From NCBI GenBank assembly GCA_000165425.1, contig CT868019.1, positions 558,001 to 622,000 of the forward strand: a stretch of DNA of 64,000 nt, written 5' to 3'. Shown here in pieces: positions 53,101 to 64,000 of this stretch. Numbering within the stretch: the stretch's first letter is position 1; each line of letters begins with the position of its first letter. This stretch comes from Paramecium tetraurelia (Eukaryota). Below the pieces are notes generated by a model, which made no database searches, had not been told where the DNA came from, and was given only the letters and a program-made list of their open reading frames with translations. Position numbers and translations under genes: made by a program.

Positions 53101-55199
53101 TCATGTTTTTTTTAAATAAAAGTTTCTTAGATCACTCTTAATTAAATTAATATTTGAATAATCAAGAGAACACTATTAGGGTTTCCTGAGTATACATATA
53201 AGAGAATAATAAAATTTCAGAGTTCTCTCTTCATATTTGTCTAATTTTAAAAGCTCAAAAGGAAATTATTACTAAAGTTATTAAATCTAAAATTAATTAA
53301 TTTAAGGCGATTTGTTTATATTTTCAATTAATTATTTCATAGGTTCATTTAAGGCACTAAAAAGATCACACCTATTGTTAATACTTAAATTTACATTAAA
53401 TAATTGAGGAAATCTTTTATATTTTAATAAGGATTTTCTTATTTGATGGTTGTGACTATTTTATTTATTAAATTATTTGAGACTCGATTAAATTAATTAA
53501 GCTAGTTCTATTAATTAAATTAGTTTTATTAGGTTTATTAGTTTTATTAGTTAAACTAGTTTTATTAGGTAAATTTGTTTTATTAGTTAAACTAGTTTTA
53601 TTAGTTAAATTAGTTTTATTAGTTAAATTAGTGTTATTAGGTTTATTAGTTTTATTAGTTAAATTATTTTTATTAGTTAAATTAGTTTTATTAGTTAAAT
53701 TAGTTTTATTAGTTAAACTAGTTTTATTAGGTAAATTAGTTTTATTAGTTAAACTAGTTTTATTAGTTAAATTAGTTTTATTAGTTAAAGAAGTGTTATT
53801 AGTTTTATTAGTTAAATTATTTTTATTAGTTAAATTAGTTCTATTAATTAAATTAGTTTTATTAGGTTTATTAGTTTTATTAGTTAAATTAGTTTTATTA
53901 GGTAAATTTTTTTTATTAGGTTTATTAGTTTTATTAGTTAAATTATTTTTATTAGTTAAATTAGTTTTATTAGTTAAACTAGTTTTATTAGGTAAATTAG
54001 TTTTATTAGTTAAACTAGTTTTATTAGTTAAATTAGTTTTATTAGTGTTATTAATTAAATTCGGGTTATTAGTTTTGTTAGTTAAATTAATTAGATAAGT
54101 TAAATTTGCTGTTATTTGGAATGGGGTGCTTGATATTTTAGAGATTATCAATGTTAAACAACTCGTTTTTTTATATTAACACTTTCGGTTAATTAATAAT
54201 ATTCTAAGGCAGAATATCTATATTGTAACTTTTAAATAATTCTGAAAAGTCTAGTCTGCACGTGGGATCATAAACAAGCATTTTTTCTACAAGATTTGCA
54301 TGAATAGAACTTTTATCTGGAATTTTAAAGGGATGCTGCTTAATATGTTCAAAAAATTTGGAAATTGAATAATTATTTAAATCAAAAGGAAAATTTCCAA
54401 AAATCATTTAATATAATATTATTCCAAGCTTTCTATTATTATGAATTATTTACTGAATAAATGTCAATCCTACTTTTGGCATGAATACTTTTCATTTCCA
54501 ATAATTTTTTCTATATTTCTTAATCTGTATTAATTACACTGACTTCTGGGGCAGAATAGACTGGAGTGCCGTTTCGACTAAAATCATTAGTAGTCTAATT
54601 GTTTTTGTAGACTTTTGCAAGTCCAAAATCTCCTATTTTATAAATAATAGAGCTATTTTATTTTGAATATAATATATTATCTGGTTTGATATCCTTATGA
54701 ACAATTTTATTATTATAGAGGAACTTGTAACCATTAAGAAATTGAATTAGAAAGTCGCTAATTTCTTAGTCATTTAATTTCTATTTTTTATACAATAAGT
54801 CCTTTAAATTAGAATCACACCTTTCCATAATTATTACAAACTATTTTTGCTTCTCAAGATATTCGACATGAAAAACAGAGACCAGATTTATATTGCCTTA
54901 ATTGTTCTTAATGAATTCAGATATCTCTTTTTCTCTCTAACAAAACTTTTCATTTTAACTATTGAGATTAATCATCTGTTATTGGAAAATAATTTTACTT
55001 TCGCACAATATTTTATATCATCTTTTACAGTTGTTGTGCATTCTAAGATAATGCCAAATTATCCTTGTCCTATTAATTTAGTTGAATCTATTATAAGATC
55101 TTTAAATGAATGTCTTATCACCTTAAATGTACATAAATAATTTAGAATTCTATTAAAATTAATATTAATGTTTTTATTTTCAATCAAAAGCATTTTCAT
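53101..55199 (-). CDS. Protein kinase with Q/N-rich tandem-repeat C-terminal region
   Basis: IGQGQFG, YCAK, IVHKDIKPDNI, GDFGLAK, GTPVYSAPE; the kinase frame continues through the repeat to TGA at 53101-53103. Start approximate. Confidence 0.85.
53485..54095 (-). repeat. Coding 18-bp tandem repeat (about 30 imperfect units), AAC TAA TTT AAC TAA TAA = NQFNQQ
   Basis: Visible on the + strand as TTATTAGTTAAATTAGTT and variants. Confidence 0.95.
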
Positions 55200-55418
55200 A
55201 CATAAATTTTAATTCTTAAATAAATGAATGATGATTACAAATTGATCTAAAGGCTGAAAAAATATTGTTAATTCAGATTTAAAATTGCATATGAGATAAT
55301 TTTAATTCTAATTAAAAATGAGTTTCAATTCATACACTTAGAAGATAATTGATAAATGTTTGTGATAAAAAATCAAAAAGCAACTAAGTCTAATTAAGTT
55401 AAATTTTTGTATTAAATT

Positions 55419-56072
55419 ATGTAAAGAATAACAAAAAAGTATTATTTTTCATTAATCCAAAAAGTTGATAATTATGATTGTCTTCACATAAACCCTTAAA
55501 GTTTGGACAAGTATTTGGTCAACCAAACATTATTAAAATAGAAATTAGAACAAATATTGTAGGATAGCATTAACAAAAATTTGAATGCCATCTGGTTAAG
55601 ATTAGATAAACATCAATTGAATTTATCATAATTGATTTCAGATTTAGGATTTTAAATGCATCATTGCACTTAAGAATACTTATTATTTAGTTTATGGTTG
55701 CAAAAGGAACCATCTAGATTGCCTAATTATGCATCTCATAAGATTATTTTACAATATTATTTAATTAATAGTAAAACCTAGGTTTTTCTAATTGATGATT
55801 AAATGCCTGTCCAAGATGTAGATGACTCATCCTTAATCCCTATGATGGCTTAGAAATATTTCAAATGTAACCACAACTTAAATGTATAACCTCTCTATAT
55901 TTGTGATCTAACCCAGTCAGAAAACTCAAATATAATGATCACTGTGAAATGCTCATTATTAGAACAAGACGAAAACTAATAACACTTTGTTAACAAATCT
56001 ATAAAAGGTATGGATTAAAAATTCGAGATAAACTCCTTTGATAAATATATTATTTACAAAAAATGTCAATGA
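55419..56072 (+). CDS. NUDT6-like protein (pre-Nudix domain) with degenerate Nudix box
   Basis: DNYDCL..LNAIWLRL..DLGFQMHHCTQEYLLFSLWLQKEPSRLPNYASH matches the pre-Nudix pattern; no GX5EX7REUXEEXGU follows. Confidence 0.75.
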
Positions 56073-56215
56073 AAATGTCTTGTCTTAATATTTGAGGATT
56101 ATATTATATAAATTTAAAATCTAATTCTATCAATAGAAGTGCATTTATTATGAAATAAAAATGAAAATAAAATTTAATTATTTTAAATAAAAATTATTCG
56201 CTCATCTTTAAGGTC

Positions 56216-58058
56216 ATGATCATGTTTGATTTGAATTCGATACAAGAGACTGTTTTTATTGAATAGAAAATCATGTATATTGAACTAATAGAAAAACTCA
56301 TAATTAAGAATTAAGAATTGGAAAAAAAAAACTACATTTTAAGATTAAAATGTTAAGAACAATCGATTAAATTAAAATATCTTGAATAGATCAAGTAAAA
56401 ATCATAACATTAGATTTTTACAAAAGTTCTATAAGATTCTGGCTATTAAATTATTTAATTTAAAAAAAATTTGGTAAATAAACTAAATATTTGTTAGTAG
56501 GGTAAAAAAAAGCAAGAATTTCAATTATTGACTAAAAAGGATTAGATTAAAAAATAAGATATGTAATTTGAGCAGAATTAAGAAACTGAAAAAAAACAAA
56601 AGAAGCAATAAGAACTTGAGAAAACTGCGGCAAAAAATATAATTAACTAATAGAAAATAGTTGAATTGGATGATTTATAAAAGAATGATTTAGAGAATTA
56701 ATTAAAGTTGGATGTAAATTCTATTACAAATGAATAATTCCACACGATTTAAATATTAAACCAATCATAAAACGAATAAAAACAATAGGTAATTATTTGC
56801 ATACATTTAAAGATTGGACTAGAGGAAAATAAGGATCCGAATTATCAAAATGAAAAGACCTCTCAAAAATAATAATAGCAATCATTAGATCTTAATAATT
56901 AATTAAAAAATGAACATATCGAAGAAATTAAATCATACAGGATGTTAATTTAAAAATTACAAAATGAAAAATTATAAAACGAAAAAAAAATTATAGAATT
57001 AACTCAATATATATCTTAAATATAAAAGATGTCACCAAATTAAGAAGATTCCACTATGATAATAGAATATACAGAAGAAAATTAAAAAGATTAATTCTAA
57101 AATGGACATTCTAAAAAGGAATACATGGTAAATTAAAATCATCATTAAATTGATTAATTAGAGAAAGAAGAATGTAACAATATATTCTATTTATCTAGTA
57201 TTGATAGAATTAAATGAAGAAAGAAGAAAGAATAATGATCTAATTAAAAGTCAATAAACGTTTTTATAAGAATTAACAAAAATATACAAATCCTCTAAAA
57301 TTAGGAAATTAGAATTTGAAGATTAAGAAGAAGAAGATGATGATGATGATAATATGGTTGTTTAAGAGAAACAAATAAATTAATACTAATTCCTTAAAGA
57401 ATGGAAGAACAATTTATAACAATTGGCTGATGAAATAGGAGAATATGAAGAAAATGAAAGGAATCTCAAATAAGAAGTTCAAAATTTTACAGCATTTAAA
57501 ATAAAATATGAAGAACTTACTATGTATTATACAGGTATCTAACTAAATATGATTTTTAGAGGCCTATAATAGATTAGGATAAGCGCTTTAATAAATTGAT
57601 GAATTGAATTAAGAAATAGATAATAAAAATTCTCTATTATAAGAATATAGTAAACAAAAAACGTAATAATAAGAAGGAGATTATAACTAAAACGAAGATA
57701 ATCAATTTTAAGAAAATAATGAATATGTTTCATAATTGAAATAGGAAATATTGTATTTGAAACACAATATGTCATAACTCCAAGCATAATTAGATGAAAT
57801 TTAACAATAAGAATACTATTAGAGAATGAGTTAAATATTGTAAGAGAATGATGAATTAAAAAAAATAAATAGTGACAATTTAGAAGATTCTCAGAGAAAA
57901 GATAAATTTATCGAAGAATTGTAATAATAATTACTAACAAATTCTCAAATAATACTCAATTAAGGTAATTATTTATAATAATCATAGATCTATTAGAGAA
58001 AAAAAATCAATAGGAACTGCAATAAGAAAATGACTTTAATCAATAAAATTAAGATTGA
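56216..58058 (+). CDS. Long coiled-coil, Q/E/K-rich protein
   Basis: Very A-rich coding strand with an acidic EEEDDDDD stretch and several probable introns; exon structure not fully resolved. Confidence 0.6.
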
Positions 58059-58548
58059 TAAAATATATTTATTTAACATTTTAACATATTTTTCTTCAAT
58101 CCTCCTCAAAAAAAAAATATCTTAAATTTACTTAATTTTTTACTAAGTTTCACTTAATTTTGAATGATTAATAAAAATATTAATAAACAAAATTATTTCG
58201 TAAATTACTAAGAAGTTTATCTTTCTTAAAATAATGATTCCAATCCTAAATTAATTTTGTTTACAAATATTCAAATCCAAAATTAATGGGAAAATATAAA
58301 ATCTAATTTTAGAATTTCGAATATTTAAAAATAAATAACCCAAAAACAATTTCATTAATATAAGTAAAAACTATTAAGATTAGAGAATTTGAGTTAATTG
58401 ACACTAATTTTTCAATAATTTAATTTAGATAAATATAACAATCCTTATATTAAAATAAAATTAAAAAACAAAGGTTAAAAATATATAGCAAAGCGAAGAA
58501 TAAAGATCATCATTAGGTTGATTTTATTTATTCATATTTAAACTTTTA

Positions 58549-60240
58549 TCATATTATTTTCTTTGGAAGAAGAAGATTGGTTGATGTAGCAATGCTATTC
58601 TTGGGAGATGTTACTAAATGTGTAATTGTGTTTCTTCCATAAAATCTCTAAGTGTTTATAATTGGGATTTGAGTTCTATCATATGTCTCAACTCTATTTC
58701 TAAAAGTTCCTGTCTCTAAAGCAGAATCATTATTCAACCTATTTAAACCCATAAAAAAGGAAGTTTCTGATTTTCTAAAGGAGTTTTGTTTAATATGCGG
58801 TTTTTATTTCTGCTTTATTGGACTAAGAGAAACTTATGTTGATTCTGTTAATGCAGGCAGGAGTAGTTTATTTGATTAGGTACCTCTTAGTTATTTTTTT
58901 GGAGATTCTGGATCTTTTGGAATAACTATTTAATCATTGTCAATGCTAAATTGCTGTTAAAATTTAAGTTTTTTAAAATCTCTGATTGGTGACTCATTGG
59001 TTTAATTTAGAATTGAATTTAATTGATAATGTTTGCCTTTGTAAGGGATGTTATTAAGAGTGCGATAGGATTTTAAAATTTTATTTGGTCTTTGAATGGA
59101 TAACTTATTTAAGAATTGCTAATTTTTAGGACTGTTCGTATCTTAATATTCTTGTTCATAGTTGTCTTCATCAAATTCGACAATTGATATCTTAAAATCT
59201 CCTAAATCAGTTTTGGATTGGATAGGGGATTGTTTGATTGAATCTTCTTGAACTTGATTTAAAAATAATAAAGCTTTTAAAAATTGAAAAAACTAATTGT
59301 ACTCAAAAACTTATACTTTCTTTTTTTATTCTTGACAAATGCCAAATTCTTTTACACTCATTGGAATAGGTTGACTAAAATTTCGAGTGATCCATGGATG
59401 AACCAATGCCTATGCTGCAGTGTATCGAGAATCCTAATCATATTGCAGTAGTCTTTAGAGAAGATCTCTTGCCAATAATGATGCATGGAAAGGTTGTTCA
59501 TATTTTAGATCTGGAAAACTATTGATGAATTCCTTTTTGGTTGAAATTCGAGGATAAAATGGATGCTCGCCTTGATTTAATAACATATATAAGACGACAC
59601 CACATGACCACATATCAACAGCTTTATTGTATGCTTTATTTAATATTTATTCAGGTGCCATAAATATAAATGTGCCACATTATTACGAAACTGTTTGATA
59701 ATATCGAATTTCTGGCATATACTAGTAACTTAAGCCAAAGTCAGCAATCTTAACACTCGAAAGATCTTCACTATTTTTTATTAAGATATTATCTAATAAT
59801 GTATAATATTCAAAAGCCTTACCTGGTTTAATATCTCGATGGATTATCTATTGAGAATGGAGATACTCTACAGCTGCAAATATAGATCTCATAATTGTGC
59901 TTATTGTTTCCTCATCTAAACTTTATTTCATGTAATCACTAAGAGAACCACCTCCAGCATATTCCATCACCAAGTATTGATTATTTCCTTGTTTAAAGTA
60001 CTACATTAATCATGACTATTGCTACTTTGTAAAATTTAATAATGTTTTTGTGCTTAAGATTCTCCATAATAGAGTTTTCTTATAATTAAGCACCTTGCAT
60101 CGACTATGAATCTAATAAATTTTTACTTTTATTGCAACTTCTTCTCCCTTGTACAATCCTTTATATACTTAACCAAAGGCACCTTCTCCGATTTTTTCGA
60201 TTATTTTGAAATCCCTTTCCTTAATAAAATCGTGTTTCAT
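58549..60240 (-). CDS. CaMK-like Ser/Thr protein kinase
   Basis: IGEGAFGQV, VAIK, IIHRDIKP/DNIL, ADFGLS, CGTFIFMAPE, DIWSCGV, ALVHPWI. Confidence 0.93.
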
Positions 60241-60461
60241 ATTAATTATCAATTAAATATATACTATTTACAAAAATCTTATATTTATCAAGGCACAACG
60301 TAAGTTAATAATCTTTTATATAATCTCAAAAATCTTAAGTTATTCAAATAACTACCTATTTCCATAGTTATCATTCTGATATGTCTATTAGATATTGAGT
60401 TTAAAAGCTCTATAGTATAAATGCCATAATCTATATTAATATATTAAACTAATTTTACATT

Positions 60462-60995
60462 ATGAGCATTACATAATTTAGTATAGAACCTCCTTTACAC
60501 ACTCCTCTATTTTATAATATCGATATAATTGACAGATTTTAGGACTTACCACAGTTTGAACCTATTCACCTTTTCTCTCAACAAAATCAATTTTGCAAAT
60601 TCTAAAAAGAAAGAAAAATACCCCCAACCATCAACCTTGATAACAATTCATTAATGTTTTATCAAATTCAAGTCTAAAAGACAAGAGTAAAAAAGCCAAG
60701 ATAATAGAGAAGTTGCAAATATCGAAGATTGCCTGACTTTGATTGCAATTCTTGTCTCAAAATAATTTAACCTTCTTCGATGAGCGTGAAAAACACTCCA
60801 AGGATATAAACAAAGCCATAGAGATTACCATCTAAATGTGTATGCCACATCTCAATGTGTAATGAATCTTAAACTAAAGAGCAGAAAAAAATTAGCATTA
60901 GATTGCCTATTATAGAAAGAAGTAAAGATAATAGTCCAACTATAAACTGTTGGACTAGAAATACATCAACCAGTTTTTTTTAAGGTAGCTACTGA
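60462..60995 (+). CDS. Hypothetical protein (177 aa)
   Basis: Intronless code-6 ORF MSITQFSIEPPLHTP...FFQGSY*. Confidence 0.6.
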
Positions 60996-61351
60996 CTAAA
61001 CTCTATGTATATAGAATAATCAAATATAAATTTATCTTCAAAAGTTCCTAATAATCTAATAATAATCTAATAAGCAGTTTTAACCCATCATTTGTTATGC
61101 TGCTACATATTTTACAGACCCAAATCTTAGAGAACGGGGTTCTGATTAGCATAAACAGTCTTTTGTCCAAAAGATAGAGATTACATTAGAGTTCTTATAA
61201 TTTAAATTTGAATGGATTATCATTATTGAAATTTTACTTCTTGGGAATTAACTATTCGAGAGTGTATTAATTTAGTAATTTCTTATAGTTCTCATTAAAA
61301 TGTTGTTTTATTTTTGTTTAGAACATACAAAATATCATAAAATATAATTAA

Positions 61352-61969
61352 ATGAATCGCATTCATCATTATTAAGGATTAGATAGTCGCCAAAAAACTG
61401 GATAGGAAGCTACAGAGCCTGCGTCAACAAACAACAGATTTACAAGAAGTTTAGGGAAGAGTAGATCATCCTTTAATAACAGCGTTTCTCAATCTATTAC
61501 TAATTCGATATAAAAAGGAAAGTCCTCTTACTTGAATCATCTAGAAGCGTACTATAATATGCATCTAATCGAAATTTTAGCAGGTTTGTTTTTAGTTAAT
61601 TAAGGGTTTGTCTCCATTAGAAGAGAAGGTAGATTTGTTGAAGAAGTTTGAAGAATTGTACTAATAGATGGTTGATCAATTAAAGGACCTGCTCTTCTTA
61701 ATAAAACAAGTCGACTTTGAGGCATCCAACTTTGAAGAACTATATCAGACAGATGCTGAATATTTCAGTGAGACCGTATACAGAGACATAAAGGTATCTT
61801 AATATAGCCATTTAATAGCATCTAGAATAACAACACTATGACTTAATATACTCATCTAGTTTAAGATTTTTATCAAATGTTTTATAATGTCTATAATTTA
61901 ATTTCGAAATTGATATTTATGAATTCGATATTCGGGATTGGGCATAGTAAGGATTAGATCACATCCTGA
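61352..61969 (+). CDS. Hypothetical protein; 3' end uncertain
   Basis: MNRIHHYQGLDSRQK...; two probable introns near 61583 and 61794. Confidence 0.5.
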
Positions 61970-62240
61970 AATTCAGTGGATTGAGAAGGTCATTTCGTTA
62001 ACCTGTAAGTTTTTGTTAAAGATACTGCAAGTGCATATCAAATTTGTTTAAAAATAATAGACAAAGAAGATGAATAATTCAGCAATTAATAAACAATCAA
62101 TTATTTGTTACTGAATATGATTAAATTTATGTAACCAACTATTCATCATAATTCTATTCATTAATCATAAACCTGTTACTTAATTCTAAAATAAATAAGC
62201 AAGTTTTAGTATATTTATTTAGTAATAAGATATATAAACA

Positions 62241-63023
62241 TCAATCATATAATATTTGATTTTATCTTGAGGCTTTAAGTTTCTATGCAAATTCTTTGAT
62301 TGTGTTGAAAGAAACAAAATTAATTTAAGGTTGAAGTTACGGTAACTTCCTCTCTTTTTATTTTCTTTTCTAGTGTATTGTTTTCCTTTCTGAACTTGCA
62401 CTTAGAGACGTATTTGTATTACATTATTGTCTTTCACTCTAAGCTTAACTATTGATAAACTGCTGTTATGGGGACTTCCTTAAACTTATACTTCTAACCT
62501 ACTAAATAGGTGGGCATTTGAATTCTTTATACACAACTTCAGGCATTATTTTAGGCTATATACAAATCCTCTCATATTATTTTAGTTGGAAGGAAAATCC
62601 GAAATTTGGGCAAATTATTGGTCTTTACTTTCTAACGATATGATAAGCTTTTGAAAACGGATATTTGAATTTCATCATTATATATGCTATAACAATAGCA
62701 GGTGATCGACTTATTCCCATTGAACAATGAACTAATAATGAACCTTATTATAAAGCTGATTCAATAAATTCATTCGTTACATCAAAATATTAGAATATAT
62801 CAATATCTGGTTTATCCTTTATATAAATGATTTTATGATTGATGTCTGTATATTTCACATCCATTGAATGAATAATTGACAATACACTTTTTATATTATT
62901 AACCTTTAAACCAACAATATCTAATGCTGCTGAATAATCACCAAGCCAAATCGAATGGTTATTGATCTTTATGATTTCAGATTAAGATCGATATGGCTCT
63001 AAAAGTCCGAATCTATCAAACAT
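62241..63023 (-). CDS. Dual-specificity protein phosphatase
   Basis: IWLGDY, IKDKPD, catalytic VHCSMGISRS, AYIM, ICPNFGF; intronless, 260 aa. Confidence 0.95.
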
Positions 63024-64000
63024 TAATTATTATTCAATTATAAATAAAATAACATGATTTTATAAAACTTTCCTATTGTTTAATGATTAACAATATAATT
63101 ATCAACCACGCCACTTCGATTTTATACTTCATAAAATGTGACTGAATAAAAAATTGCAAATTTTATTTGTTGCATTTTTTAAATAAGAACCTAATTCTCA
63201 CTTTACACATATTTAATAAATGAATTAGAAATATAAAGAATTAAATAAAAATCAAAGTCAGATATTGGAATAATATTCTTCTCCCCTGAATTTATATGTT
63301 AAATTAATTTTATATGTTTTATTGTTGATAGCTTAGAATATGTAAGAAAATGGTAGAATCATTAGTAAAATGATAGACTGAGGACCGTAGAAGGTAAAGT
63401 GCTTAAATTTTTATGATCGAATTACTCTATTTATATTAAAGAATAAAAATATTATAAAATAATAATCTTAAAACTTTATTAATAACCCCTTTTAAATTAA
63501 GAAAGGCAAATATATTCATTTATGCTATCATTAAAAAAGAGACAAACAAAAAAATATCAGATGATAAATAAAAATAAAAGAGTTTGATTAGAGATGAAAT
63601 AAATATGATCATATCAATTAATACATTAACGTGTAAAAGCAATATTAACCTCATCATTTGAACGGTTAAATGGAAATTCCTTAAGGAAAATGGATAAGGA
63701 ATTAAAAAAAGGGTAATTTATGGGTGTATTGAGACTAAACAGAAATATATCCAAAAATAAATGAATATTTGCAGTTATTTATTCAAATATTATAAATTTA
63801 CAAATAAATGATTAATGATGATATTAGAAATGTAATACAATTATATTTTAATGTATAATTATACAAATATCACGTAAAACTATTTTCTGGCACATAATAT
63901 TCTTTTTAAGTAACTTTTATATTCAAATCTTCTTCACATAAAAATTATAACGGGAAAATTACAGCATGACCTTTAATGAACGACTTGAATTAATCATATT

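Noticed and set aside
53468..54151. ORF-track proteins of 227 aa (NKTNLT repeats) and 155 aa (LLVKLV repeats); also a possible CRISPR-like array
   Set aside because: Both are alternative frames of an 18-bp coding repeat read as NQFNQQ in the kinase frame; there are no unique spacers.
63024..64000. About 1 kb AT-rich stretch as possible ncRNA or mobile element
   Set aside because: No convincing ORF, tRNA fold, terminal repeat or known motif could be supported by eye.

Overview
AT-rich, gene-dense eukaryotic DNA that reads as a ciliate macronuclear chromosome, most likely Paramecium. TAA/TAG encode Gln (translation table 6), TGA is the only stop, and introns are tiny GT..AG elements of about 20-31 nt. 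The supplied standard-code ORF track is therefore fragmentary and often in the wrong frame; all calls below come from manual re-translation with code 6. About 35 genes are recognisable: four Ser/Thr kinases, a Vps39/Vam6-like protein, a membrane hybrid histidine kinase, four related Cys-rich surface proteins (two without a membrane anchor, two with a polytopic TRP-like C-terminus), delta-tubulin, a divergent mitochondrial carrier, an Old Yellow Enzyme, RPS23, an Arp1-like actin, a CNBD cation channel, two MORN proteins, a Myb-like protein, an atypical Ras-like GTPase, DNase II, a pre-Nudix pseudo-enzyme, a dual-specificity phosphatase and several hypotheticals. No rRNA, tRNA, CRISPR array or intact mobile element was seen. 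The most interesting observations are the soluble-plus-membrane Cys-rich family, a chromoshadow-only small protein, a channel with a degenerate selectivity filter, a kinase with a Q/N-rich tandem repeat and a lipid-anchored candidate PP1 regulator. Coordinates were derived by hand; some starts and ends are approximate.
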